In this document: piece after piece, positions 1 through 8,762 of the stretch
Position numbering within the stretch: position 1 is the first letter of the stretch
How the letters are laid out: the number at the start of each line of letters is the position of its first letter
Origin: Bacteroidota bacterium
GTDB lineage: Bacteria > Bacteroidota > Bacteroidia > Chitinophagales > Chitinophagaceae
DNA length: 64,000 nt
NCBI GenBank assembly: GCA_023429985.1
Contig: JAEZCV010000141.1
Location: 1,857 to 65,856, forward strand
Direction: 5' to 3'
Position numbers and translations under genes: made by a program
Notes under the pieces: generated by a model
Told to the model about the DNA's origin: nothing
Database searches by the model: none
What the model saw: only the letters and a program-made list of their open reading frames with translations

Positions 1-99
1 TTTTGGTTCAGGCTTTGCTTTATTCAGCCTGGTTGAATTACATGATGTTGTAACGATTGAAATTATGTATAGGAGATAAATAAAATATCTTTTTGCCAT
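1..99 (-). CDS. Lipoprotein, N-terminal fragment (runs off window start)
   Basis: Manual translation from ATG at 99: MAKRYFIYLLYIISIVTTSCNSTRLNKAKPEPK, a basic N-terminus, hydrophobic core and lipobox-like TSC, open to base 1. Confidence 0.65.
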   Translation of the reverse strand, partial: MAKRYFIYLLYIISIVTTSCNSTRLNKAKPEPK

Positions 100-172
100 G
101 ATGATTTTATTAATCTGCTAAGAAACAATATCTAAGGGTTATACTGAAAATCATTTTTCGTATAGGCCTGGC

Positions 173-187
173 TGGTATGTAATTTGA
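173..187 (+). promoter_or_regulatory. Candidate sigma54-type -24/-12 promoter
   Basis: TGGTATG-TAAT-TTGA has GG-N10-G spacing, 21 nt before the ATG at 209; GA instead of GC at -12. Confidence 0.35.
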
Positions 188-208
188 AAGAACTAGAAAA
201 ATTTTAAG

Positions 209-469
209 ATGATCAAGGGAATATTGAACACCGTATTATGGATCATTGCCATTTTCTGTATTGTTTATGCCGTTTACAGATCTACCTCTATTCAGGAAGC
301 AATAGTTCAGGGCAACCGTGAATTATTATATGGCACCCCACAACATGGCCTGATCCTGGGCCTTTGCATAATTGCAGCCACCTGCATTATGGGATCCGTT
401 TTATTAATATTAGATAAAAGGGATATCAGGGTCACTGATAGAGAAGACTTAAGTAAAAGAACCCTATAG
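209..469 (+). CDS. Small hypothetical membrane protein (2 TM)
   Basis: 86-aa ORF with two hydrophobic segments and an A-rich upstream region. Confidence 0.7.
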   Translation: MIKGILNTVLWIIAIFCIVYAVYRSTSIQEAIVQGNRELLYGTPQHGLILGLCIIAATCIMGSVLLILDKRDIRVTDREDLSKRTL

Positions 470-615
470 CCGCAATTTGCCTAATGGTATTTACCTAATA
501 AAGCGTTAAAAACCGCAAATAATTCATCAATGTTGCAATTTTTTGCGGTTTTTGCGTAGTTCTACGGTTGTTTCTATAGTTTTTATAACTGATCTTTGTT
601 ATATAAACCAAAGCA

Positions 616-870
616 ATGAAGCCAGACCAGCCAAAACCTGAACTAAACACCAATTTATTGGGGTTTACTAATATTTCAGACGACGGACTTGATTTCCTTG
701 CGCTTAATAATCCCCAGCCAGTCCAGGAATTGAATCTTTTCAAATACCTTGGTTTAACAGCGCTTATTGTATTGCTGATTTCTTTGATGCTTTTCTTTAA
801 AAATCAGGACCAGGAAAGCCACCTTCCAAAGCCCGCCGAAACAACGGCTTTTTCTGTTGCACTTAGATAA
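616..870 (+). CDS. Small hypothetical single-TM protein
   Basis: 84-aa ORF with one hydrophobic helix (YLGLTALIVLLISLMLFF); fills the intergenic gap. Confidence 0.6.
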   Translation: MKPDQPKPELNTNLLGFTNISDDGLDFLALNNPQPVQELNLFKYLGLTALIVLLISLMLFFKNQDQESHLPKPAETTAFSVALR

Positions 871-882
871 ACATTCGTTTGC

Positions 883-2400
883 TTATTGCACAACTTCTAT
901 TTCCTTTTTAATACTTTCATTTCCCGTTTTGTCCACTGCAGAAATGGCAACCGCTTCCAGTTTATTTTCACCTTCCTTCAATTCCAGTTCAAACCTTCTT
1001 TCTTCCTGGGAAAGAATTTTATAATTCCATTTATTTCCATACCGGTAATATATCACCCATCTGAAAATTTCATCTTCATGTAAGTGCGACCAGTTAATGC
1101 GCAGCTTTCCATTTCTCATTTCAGTTTCTGCCAGTGGCGTTTCAGGAATTTCATCATTCAGCCATGGACTTGCCGGAACCAGTGCCTGTTTTTTGTAAGG
1201 TCCTTCCACCAGTGCCCTGGATAATGCCGGGTTTTTTACAACCGATGAAATACTCCAGTGAATCACACCAGGGCTTTCCGGCAACATTCCTTTTGCTATC
1301 ATCACCTGGCTGAGTGCTTCATTTACACTTCTGAAACTTGTATCCCTGGGAATGCTGATGCCGGGCCATAAATGTCTTTTCATGGTATTCTCCTGGTTCC
1401 ACCAGCCAAGTAATACAGGATAACTTTGACCCGGCCTGTTAATAGGCCAGTAAAGCTGCGGTGCAAAATAATCGATCCATCCCTTGTTAAGCCAAAGCTT
1501 TGCATCTGCATATAATTTATCGTACTGGTCGAAACCTTCAGCAGATGCCGGTTGGCCCGGACGGTAAACACCAAAGGGACTTAGTCCAAATTTTACCGAA
1601 GGCTTTTCCTTTTTTATAGATGTATAAACTCTCTCAATGAATTTATTTACATTATCCCTTCTCCAGTCGCCCTGCGACAAACTGCCACCTGATTGTACAT
1701 AGGCATTCCAGCTTTCCTGGTCAGGAAAATCTTCATTCAGGTTATAAGATGGATAAGGATAGAAATAATCATCGAAATGAACGCCGTCAATATCATACCT
1801 TTTTACAAGATCCATTACAACTGCAGCAGAATGGTCCTGTGTTTCTTTTTTTGCAGGATCAAACCACCAGTAACCTTCTTTTAAATGCAGTACAAGTCCC
1901 GGTTTTTTCTTTACAATGGAACTGTCGCTTACTGGTCCGCCCGAAACATGATGTGCACGATATGGATTCAGCCATACATGTAGTTCAAGTCCTCTTTCAT
2001 GTGCAGCATCTATCCAGAATTTTAAAGGTTCGTAATAGGGACTGGGTGCCTTGCCTTGTTGTCCCGACAAATAATACGACCATGGTTCAAGATTGCTTAT
2101 ATAGAGTGCATCTGCCTGGGGACGCACCTGCAGTATCACTGCATTAAAATTATGATTCTTTAAAAAGTCGAGCAGGTCTAAAGCTTCTTTTTGTTGTTCA
2201 CCTGCACTTAATCCGGGCTTGCTGGGCCAGTTGATATTAGCAACCGTTGCCACCCATGCAGCCCTGAATTCCCGCACTACTTCCGGTACCGGTGGTGGGG
2301 CCGTTTGCTGCTGGCTGATGGCTTTTGTTGAGGTACAGCTTTGGTTTGATATTATGAAAAAAAGAATTAAAACGATTAATCTGCAGCTGGTGGTTTGCAT
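883..2400 (-). CDS. GHL10 / YddW(DigH)-like glycoside hydrolase lipoprotein
   Basis: REFRAAWVATVANINWPS, QVRP, HVWLNPYR and GVHFDDYFYPY motifs; lipobox QSC. ATG 2400 preferred over TTG 2424. Confidence 0.9.
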   Translation of the reverse strand: MQTTSCRLIVLILFFIISNQSCTSTKAISQQQTAPPPVPEVVREFRAAWVATVANINWPSKPGLSAGEQQKEALDLLDFLKNHNFNAVILQVRPQADALYISNLEPWSYYLSGQQGKAPSPYYEPLKFWIDAAHERGLELHVWLNPYRAHHVSGGPVSDSSIVKKKPGLVLHLKEGYWWFDPAKKETQDHSAAVVMDLVKRYDIDGVHFDDYFYPYPSYNLNEDFPDQESWNAYVQSGGSLSQGDWRRDNVNKFIERVYTSIKKEKPSVKFGLSPFGVYRPGQPASAEGFDQYDKLYADAKLWLNKGWIDYFAPQLYWPINRPGQSYPVLLGWWNQENTMKRHLWPGISIPRDTSFRSVNEALSQVMIAKGMLPESPGVIHWSISSVVKNPALSRALVEGPYKKQALVPASPWLNDEIPETPLAETEMRNGKLRINWSHLHEDEIFRWVIYYRYGNKWNYKILSQEERRFELELKEGENKLEAVAISAVDKTGNESIKKEIEVVQ

Positions 2401-2828
2401 TATTGATAATGTTTGTGGTAACAAAATGCCAGTTAAATAAAAGGATCGGAAATGGTTACCCTTTTTATAGTTAATAATTGAAAATACTATTAAGGCAGGA
2501 ACATTTTATATTCTAACTAAACTTTTTAAGAGAGAATATTAATAAAAATATTGTTCCTTGAATACTCCTGACCATCCACAATGACAACCATGAGGAATTG
2601 CTATCCATAATATACTTTCAAAAATCCGGTGAATGATGCTGATGTAACCCTGGATAAAATCTTCATCGTTCAAAAGGCAAAGATGATTGCAGATTGCAGC
2701 ATGGATAATTATGATGTAATGATAGAGGAATACGAAAGGAAGTCCTTGGTAAATGAAGCTGTTTGGAGAGCGCCTGTTGTTTTACCAGTCACTGGATGAA
2801 CTCTTCGGTCAATTTCATATATTGCAAT

Positions 2829-3233
2829 ATGCAGGTATTTGATTCTCTGGATAAAAAGATAATTCAGTTTGCTAAAGAACGCGGAGCAAAAATTCATTCC
2901 GATGGTATAACATACAATGGAATTCCACCGGAAAAAATTCAGCAAAGGAGAATAATTTGGAGTGATGCCATTGTTGGAAAAGGGATATTCATATATCCCA
3001 ATTTTAATACGGGAAATATAGATTCACACCTTTATGATTTTTGGAATATAGCTTGGCCCGCCGAAGCAAAACAAGGTAAAGGGGGGCATCCTTTTTGGCA
3101 TAAATGTCTTTTAAATGCAGTAGAGTTTTCTGAAATTGAAAAGAACTTTGATAAGCTGTTATTACAATCAATTAAAAATCTTGATTCTGTAACTCTTTCA
3201 GATATGAAAAAGGTATGGAGAACAAGGGGATAA
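2829..3233 (+). CDS. Hypothetical protein
   Basis: ORF 2763-3233; first ATG at 2829 gives 134 aa. No recognisable motif; AT-rich context. Confidence 0.55.
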   Translation: MQVFDSLDKKIIQFAKERGAKIHSDGITYNGIPPEKIQQRRIIWSDAIVGKGIFIYPNFNTGNIDSHLYDFWNIAWPAEAKQGKGGHPFWHKCLLNAVEFSEIEKNFDKLLLQSIKNLDSVTLSDMKKVWRTRG

Positions 3234-3317
3234 TGTATTCAATTGCATCACTAAAGTCAATTTTCAGCATCATACATAAATTCAGGGGTTTATCCATTGG
3301 CTTGAATTTTTCAACAA

Positions 3318-3582
3318 GTCGCCACGATTGATGAACATCTTCCATGCCTTTTCTCTTAAGTTTCTATTAGTTGAATAAGTGAGAAAGGATCCACAGAAGA
3401 ACGGGTATTGGTAATGATATAGCCATTAAGTCCTTTTGATTTGGTGCATTTTGCGCTGCATTAACAAGAGGCGGAACGCCACCGAACGGCCCGCTCCATT
3501 TTTTGCAATAGTGGATTTTGTGCCATAGAAATAATAGGAAATAGAAATAATAAAAGGTCAAGGAAATTTTAATGCATTTCAT
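3318..3582 (-). pseudogene. Remnant of M3-family peptidase (Dcp-like) with internal deletion and frameshifts
   Basis: Joining frames gives MAQNPLLQK/WSGPFGGVPP followed shortly by NGYIITNTRSSVDP/LTYSTNRNLREKAWKMFINRGD, two segments characteristic of Dcp-type M3 peptidases that normally lie far apart. Confidence 0.75.
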
Positions 3583-3723
3583 AATGATGAATTAAAGAAG
3601 TAAAATATATAATTCCTTCTTTCGTCTTTAGCAATTTGTTTTTACAGGATTAGTCCGGTTTCAATGGCACGGTTTTGAAAGAATAAGTAGATGCAAAAAA
3701 TTAATCACTAAAACCTTTTTTTT

Positions 3724-4314
3724 ATGGCAGAGATAGAAGTTCAACCAAAAGAAAAATCATCCTCATCATTCCTACCATGGTTTTTACTTGCACTTGGTGT
3801 AATAGCACTCGTGTATTTTTTAACGCGTAATGGCAACAGGAATGAGGCCGCTCAATCGGCAACAGTTACGGATACAACAACCTTTAGCAGTACTTCGGAA
3901 AATGCAGCCCGTGCCGACTGGGGGCTGGTGGATTACGAGAATGCACCGGATGCAAATTTTAATGAAATGAGGTCGGACAAAGTGGATGTTCGCGGAAATG
4001 AACAATATGCTATTTATAGCATGGATGAGGACCACCTTTTCCAGGATGAAGAGGCCAGCATCAAGGCCGATGCGCAGGAAACTCTTAAAGAGGTTACCGA
4101 ATCAATTAATACCCGATTTAGTAATGGTGAAGTTAGAATTTTCAGCAGTGCAGAAAATAATTCAAAAGCCGAAGCACTAAGAGCCTGGCTTAATCAGAAT
4201 GGTTTAATGAATTCAAATGTGAGTGTTCATTCCAATTCCGAAAGAAACACTGCAAACAATTTATTGAACAACAACGATGATAAGCTTGACATTGTTGTTG
4301 TGCGTGCAGACTAG
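3724..4314 (+). CDS. Membrane-anchored protein with degenerate OmpA-like C-terminal domain
   Basis: N-terminal TM (LPWFLLALGVIALVYFL); LFQDEEASIKADAQETLKEV...GEVRIF...AEALRAWL...KLDIVV resembles OmpA_C but the G-x-T-D and LS-x-x-RA motifs are missing. Confidence 0.7.
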   Translation: MAEIEVQPKEKSSSSFLPWFLLALGVIALVYFLTRNGNRNEAAQSATVTDTTTFSSTSENAARADWGLVDYENAPDANFNEMRSDKVDVRGNEQYAIYSMDEDHLFQDEEASIKADAQETLKEVTESINTRFSNGEVRIFSSAENNSKAEALRAWLNQNGLMNSNVSVHSNSERNTANNLLNNNDDKLDIVVVRAD

Positions 4315-4348
4315 TAAAAACTTTTATTAATAATTAAAAAATAAGAAT

Positions 4349-5146
4349 ATGTCATCTAATATGAAACACAGACGCCTCCAGGAATTAGGCGAAAGCGATT
4401 TTGAAATTGTTGATGGTCAGCCCGACATCCGGGGCTGGGATGTTAAGAATGAAGCGGGTCAGAAGATTGGAGAAGTTGAAGAACTGATTCTGGATGCCCA
4501 GCAAAGAAAAGTGAGATACCTTGTGGTGGAAATGGATGATAATGATTTTGATCTCGACGACCGGGAAGTGTTGCTGCCTATTGGAATGGCAGAATTGCAT
4601 AAGGAAGACGATGATGTGATTATCAGGAGCATTGGTGTTGAACAGTTAAGTGCCTTACCCGAATACGATGAGGATCATTTAACGCCCGAAGTAGAAAGGC
4701 AGATATGTACAGCTTTGGGAAGATCGGGTATGGTGTCAACTTCGCCTATTTCGGATGCCGACCACGACGCCACATTTTATGATCATGAACATTTTAATGA
4801 TAATAACCTTTACAGGCAACGCTTACCGGTTTCGGGTTTTGCAGATGTAGAAATGGATACTTCGGGTTATTCACTCAGAGACAGAACTGTAATATCGGGA
4901 AGTGAAGTGGGCGGTTATACCGGTGATGCGGGTTCTTACGATCGTGAAAGAACAACCGGTAACCCTGGTGGAGTAGTAAGAGAAAATGAGATCAGGAATG
5001 AATCTGCAGTTCCTGTGAACAGGAACAAAGACCAGGAAGATCAGTGGAGGAAGGAAACAAATATTGATAACCTTACCGGGGATAACAACAGGGGAATCAG
5101 TGATGATTATGACAGGCCCGATGAAACGGGAAGAACAAAGATTTAA
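4349..5146 (+). CDS. PRC-barrel domain protein
   Basis: DFEIVDGQPDIRGWDVKNEAGQKIGEVEELILD...VRYLVV...VLLPIG is a typical PRC-barrel; acidic low-complexity C-terminus. Confidence 0.9.
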   Translation: MSSNMKHRRLQELGESDFEIVDGQPDIRGWDVKNEAGQKIGEVEELILDAQQRKVRYLVVEMDDNDFDLDDREVLLPIGMAELHKEDDDVIIRSIGVEQLSALPEYDEDHLTPEVERQICTALGRSGMVSTSPISDADHDATFYDHEHFNDNNLYRQRLPVSGFADVEMDTSGYSLRDRTVISGSEVGGYTGDAGSYDRERTTGNPGGVVRENEIRNESAVPVNRNKDQEDQWRKETNIDNLTGDNNRGISDDYDRPDETGRTKI

Positions 5147-5148
5147 AT

Positions 5149-5179
5149 AAAAAGACCGTCTCAACAGGACGGTCTTTTT
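5149..5179. terminator. Bidirectional intrinsic terminator
   Basis: AAAAAGACCGTC-tcaacag-GACGGTCTTTTT between convergent genes. Confidence 0.9.
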
Positions 5180-5199
5180 ATTTAATGTATTTAGTATGA

Positions 5200-5736
5200 T
5201 TACCTCCTGCTGCGGAAAACATAGGCTGCATGTACTCCAAAATATCCAATAGTACCATCGCCCGGATAACCTGCCTGGTATCTAATTCCAAGGTCTAAAA
5301 CATTAATCTGCACACCTGCACCCAGCGACCAGGTAAAGCCACCTTCCGAGGAAGTTGTTTTGGTTGATGTGCCACCAGTTTGTGTTTTAATGGTAGAGGT
5401 ATAAATACCATATCCCATTTGGGGTTCTAAATATAATAAGCTCACATTGTGGCGGTAGCTTGCCAGGATGGGAATTACTGAGGTTTTAACTTTATAATTG
5501 TCTGTTGAACCCTTGAGTTTAAAAACGGTATAGCCCGTACTGATACCAAACTGCGAACGTTCGCCCAATCCAACATAACCTTTTGCAAGAACCCCAATGC
5601 CTGTGTTGAAATTTTTGAAATCACTAACCGGGAAACCAACGTCAACACCGGCAATGAACTGGTTGTTCCCTTTTTGTGCCTGAGCGGTTAAACCGATGGT
5701 TAATACTATCATGGAAAAGAGTAGATATTTTTTCAT
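5200..5736 (-). CDS. Outer-membrane beta-barrel protein (8-stranded, porin-family-like)
   Basis: Signal peptide ending AQAQ, alternating beta strands, C-terminal GVHAAYVF. Confidence 0.8.
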   Translation of the reverse strand: MKKYLLFSMIVLTIGLTAQAQKGNNQFIAGVDVGFPVSDFKNFNTGIGVLAKGYVGLGERSQFGISTGYTVFKLKGSTDNYKVKTSVIPILASYRHNVSLLYLEPQMGYGIYTSTIKTQTGGTSTKTTSSEGGFTWSLGAGVQINVLDLGIRYQAGYPGDGTIGYFGVHAAYVFRSRR

Positions 5737-5788
5737 TTTAATACTATTTGGTATAACTATATATGCAAAAACCGGGCGAGGCAGTAAG

Positions 5789-6205
5789 TTATTTTTTTAT
5801 CAGCAATTTATGGAGTTTATTTATTTCGGAAATTTCTGTCCCTGTAAGGCTGTTGCTTTCCAGGCGCGATTTCAAAAACAGGATTCTTTTATGCTCCGGG
5901 AATTTTTCAAGGATATCGTTTATCCTGCCAGTAGATTCTGCATGGTTTGTATACAATGGTTCGGCCTGGGGAAGTTCGGATTTGTACCGGTTGGGCATTT
6001 TCATGATCATTGCCTCCAGGGTGGCCAGTTTACCCGGATGCATATCGTGGATCTTTTGTGCCTTTTGAAATAAACCCTGTAATTGCTTTTTACTAAGCCA
6101 TCCTCTAACCATGTACTGGTGTGACAGACTTTGAATGAATTCCGAAGCAGGGAATGTTTCCATTGCCTGTTTAAGAATGCTGTTCACCACATCAACTTCC
6201 TTCAT
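5789..6205 (-). CDS. Hypothetical helical protein
   Basis: 138-aa ORF with ATG start and natural composition; overlapping plus-strand ORFs look like shadows. Confidence 0.75.
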   Translation of the reverse strand: MKEVDVVNSILKQAMETFPASEFIQSLSHQYMVRGWLSKKQLQGLFQKAQKIHDMHPGKLATLEAMIMKMPNRYKSELPQAEPLYTNHAESTGRINDILEKFPEHKRILFLKSRLESNSLTGTEISEINKLHKLLIKK

Positions 6206-6343
6206 AATTTTTTCAAGTTATAAAAATTTCAACAGTTGTTGTTTCTCTTTTGGTTTGCCCTTTAACAAGAACTTATCTTTTTATTATTAATCTCTTTGAA
6301 CCTCCTTCCTTCTCATTCCCCGAACGCAACAAAACCACGTTCT

Positions 6344-7015
6344 ATGGCTATGAAAAAACAAATTCTACTTTTATCCGCTGTTGTTCTTTCTTCAATGGCG
6401 ATGGCGCAAAGCAGTCCCTCATTCAGCATACGCGCAGGTATTGCATCTTCCGACATGAGAGGCGATGCCGTTAACAGCTTAAATAATATTCTTGATTTTA
6501 CCGATGGCATGATAGCCACAAAAAGCCGTACAGGGTTTTTTGCCGGCGCTTCAGCTGCCATCCCGGTGTCTGAAAATATTTCTATTGAACCGGGACTTTA
6601 TTACACCCAGAAGGGTTACGAGTTGAAAGGTGAACTGGGGCTTAAGGCTATTGATTTTCTTGGTGTAAATGCAAAAGCTGCATTAAATACTAGTTATATT
6701 GACCTTCCTATTTTGGTAAAAGGAAATTTTGGAGGTCTTGAACTTTTTGCAGGTCCGCAGGTTTCTTATCTCACCAATGCTGAATTAAGAACCACCGCGG
6801 GTGCACTTGGATTTAATGTTGTAGACAGCAGGGTAGATGCAAATAATCAATTCAACAAATGGGATGCGGCCATTACAGGTGGTATTGGTTACCAGTTTAA
6901 TGGCGGACTAAATATTCGCGCATCTTACGACCATGGAATATTAAAGGCCGATGCAAATCGCAACCTGGATACTTACAACAGATCTCTGAAGCTTGGTATA
7001 GGCCTGAGATTCTAA
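6344..7015 (+). CDS. Porin-family outer-membrane beta-barrel protein (OMP_b-brl_2-like)
   Basis: MAMKKQILL signal peptide; SIEPGLYYTQKG, YIDLPILVK, FAGPQVSYL, C-terminal LGIGLRF. Confidence 0.85.
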   Translation: MAMKKQILLLSAVVLSSMAMAQSSPSFSIRAGIASSDMRGDAVNSLNNILDFTDGMIATKSRTGFFAGASAAIPVSENISIEPGLYYTQKGYELKGELGLKAIDFLGVNAKAALNTSYIDLPILVKGNFGGLELFAGPQVSYLTNAELRTTAGALGFNVVDSRVDANNQFNKWDAAITGGIGYQFNGGLNIRASYDHGILKADANRNLDTYNRSLKLGIGLRF

Positions 7016-7046
7016 ACTTTTCATTTGATCCATTCCCCTATGGCTC

Positions 7047-7078
7047 AGGGACTTCATTTTGAAGTCCCTTTTTCTTTT
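7047..7078 (+). terminator. Intrinsic terminator
   Basis: AGGGACTTCA-ttt-TGAAGTCCCT followed by a T-tract. Confidence 0.85.
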
Positions 7079-7104
7079 ACACCCATGATGCTTAATTTTA
7101 GTTC

Positions 7105-7440
7105 ATGGGAAGACCTTTCCTTAAAAAAATAAAATTGTTTTTACAGCCGGTAATTTGGAGCGTCGGCCTGGTTATACTTTATTTTTCAGGCAACAATGAT
7201 GGTTTCAGTCTTTGTTTTTTTAAATTTCTTGGCTTTTCTTCCTGCCCGGGATGCGGAATTGGGCATGCCATTCATTATGCGCTGCATTTAAATTTCCATT
7301 CTTCTGTTCAGCATCATATTCTTGGAATTCCTGCAGCTATTACATTGATCGTTTTAATATTGAAGTCTCTATTACCACCACTAAAATATATTTCAAATGG
7401 ACCAGAAACTGTTAATGATGCTTCCGGGTTTGCAGCCTGA
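7105..7440 (+). CDS. DUF2752-family membrane protein
   Basis: SLCFFKFLGFSSCPGCGIGHAI motif. Confidence 0.85.
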   Translation: MGRPFLKKIKLFLQPVIWSVGLVILYFSGNNDGFSLCFFKFLGFSSCPGCGIGHAIHYALHLNFHSSVQHHILGIPAAITLIVLILKSLLPPLKYISNGPETVNDASGFAA

Positions 7441-7762
7441 GGAATTTGCCATGATCAAATCACTCACAGCTACCATGAGTGAAAGTGAACAGCAACAATT
7501 TTATATGTTTTATAGTGGAAAGCGAAAAGATGAGCAAACTATAATGATCCTTACCATTATCGGGTTTTTTGGTGTAGCCGGGCTTCAAAGATTTATTACC
7601 GGGGAAGTGGTGCTGGGTATCCTGTATCTTTTCACTTTTGGTTTTTGTGGCATAGGAACTATTATCGATCTGGTTAATTGTAAGCGTATTACCAGCGAAT
7701 TCAATCAGAAAAAAGCTATTGAAGCAGCCGAAATGGTTAAGATGTTTAATCAGAAGTATTAG
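7397..7762 (+). CDS. TM2 domain protein
   Basis: GFFGVAGLQRFITG...GILYLFTFGFCGIGTIIDL TM2 signature; paired with DUF2752. Confidence 0.9.
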   Translation: MDQKLLMMLPGLQPEEFAMIKSLTATMSESEQQQFYMFYSGKRKDEQTIMILTIIGFFGVAGLQRFITGEVVLGILYLFTFGFCGIGTIIDLVNCKRITSEFNQKKAIEAAEMVKMFNQKY

Positions 7763-7871
7763 CCTCAAAAGGAAAATCCGCATATTTTACAGGGAAAATT
7801 CACAGGGTTAACAAACTATAAGAAGTCTGAGTGGCCAATTTTTTGCAATTTCGTGGATTAATAGGCCTTTC

Positions 7872-8762
7872 ATGAGATATAACTTACTGTTGCTCCTGTT
7901 TTTTTTTCTTGTTTTTTCTTCCTGTAAAAAAGAAACTGTACCCGAACCCGATAATACGCCTGTAAATCCTGCAGTTCCGCCGGATAATGACCATATACTT
8001 TTAGGAAATCCTACTAATGCGCAAACCAATGCAGGCAACGGTAATAATTACCTGAAGGATAATATCTATTATAAAATTGCTTACAGCAGCAGTCGTGGAA
8101 TTCCGGTATGGGTAAGCTGGCATTTGCAATCGAGCGACCTGGGATCAACACCCCGCCAGGACGATTTTCGCCCGGATGTACTTCCTGCAGCATGGTATTC
8201 GGTAACAGACGCAAGTTATTCTCAGTCGGGGTTCGACCGCGGGCATAATGTTCCTTCTGCCGACAGAACCAGTTCTGTTCCAGCCAATTCATCAACATTT
8301 TTAATGACCAACATTATTCCCCAGGCACCTAATATGAACCAGGGGCCATGGGAAGGGCTTGAGGACTATATCAGGAATACACTTGTGGGTACTGCCAACG
8401 AAGCTTATATCATAATGGGAAATTATGGTAATGGCGGACGTGGAAATTCCGGCATGGCGTCAACCATAGATAATGGGATGGTTGCAGTGCCTAAAAACGT
8501 ATGGAAACTTGCGGTGGTCCTGCCAAAAGGAAATAATGACCTTGCCCGCTTAGATACAACAGCCACCGTGCTGGCAGTGAATATGCCCAACGACAATGCA
8601 TTGTATTCAACATCGTTTGCGGGTAAATCTTCCTGGAAGAATTATATAGTTTCTATTACTGAGTTGGAACAGGCAGCTGCTGCAAATGGACTTACATTGA
8701 ATTTTCTTACAAATGTTGACGCTACCGTAAGAGCATATTTGAAGAACAAGAAATTCCAGTAA
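7872..8762 (+). CDS. DNA/RNA non-specific endonuclease (NucA/EndoG family), lipoprotein
   Basis: GFDRGHNVPSADR active site, TFLMTNIIPQ...NQGPW; lipobox FSSC. Confidence 0.92.
   Translation: MRYNLLLLLFFFLVFSSCKKETVPEPDNTPVNPAVPPDNDHILLGNPTNAQTNAGNGNNYLKDNIYYKIAYSSSRGIPVWVSWHLQSSDLGSTPRQDDFRPDVLPAAWYSVTDASYSQSGFDRGHNVPSADRTSSVPANSSTFLMTNIIPQAPNMNQGPWEGLEDYIRNTLVGTANEAYIIMGNYGNGGRGNSGMASTIDNGMVAVPKNVWKLAVVLPKGNNDLARLDTTATVLAVNMPNDNALYSTSFAGKSSWKNYIVSITELEQAAAANGLTLNFLTNVDATVRAYLKNKKFQ

Noticed and set aside
3367..3582. 71-aa ORF as an intact small protein
   Set aside because: Better explained as a mosaic of frames across a decayed M3 peptidase gene.
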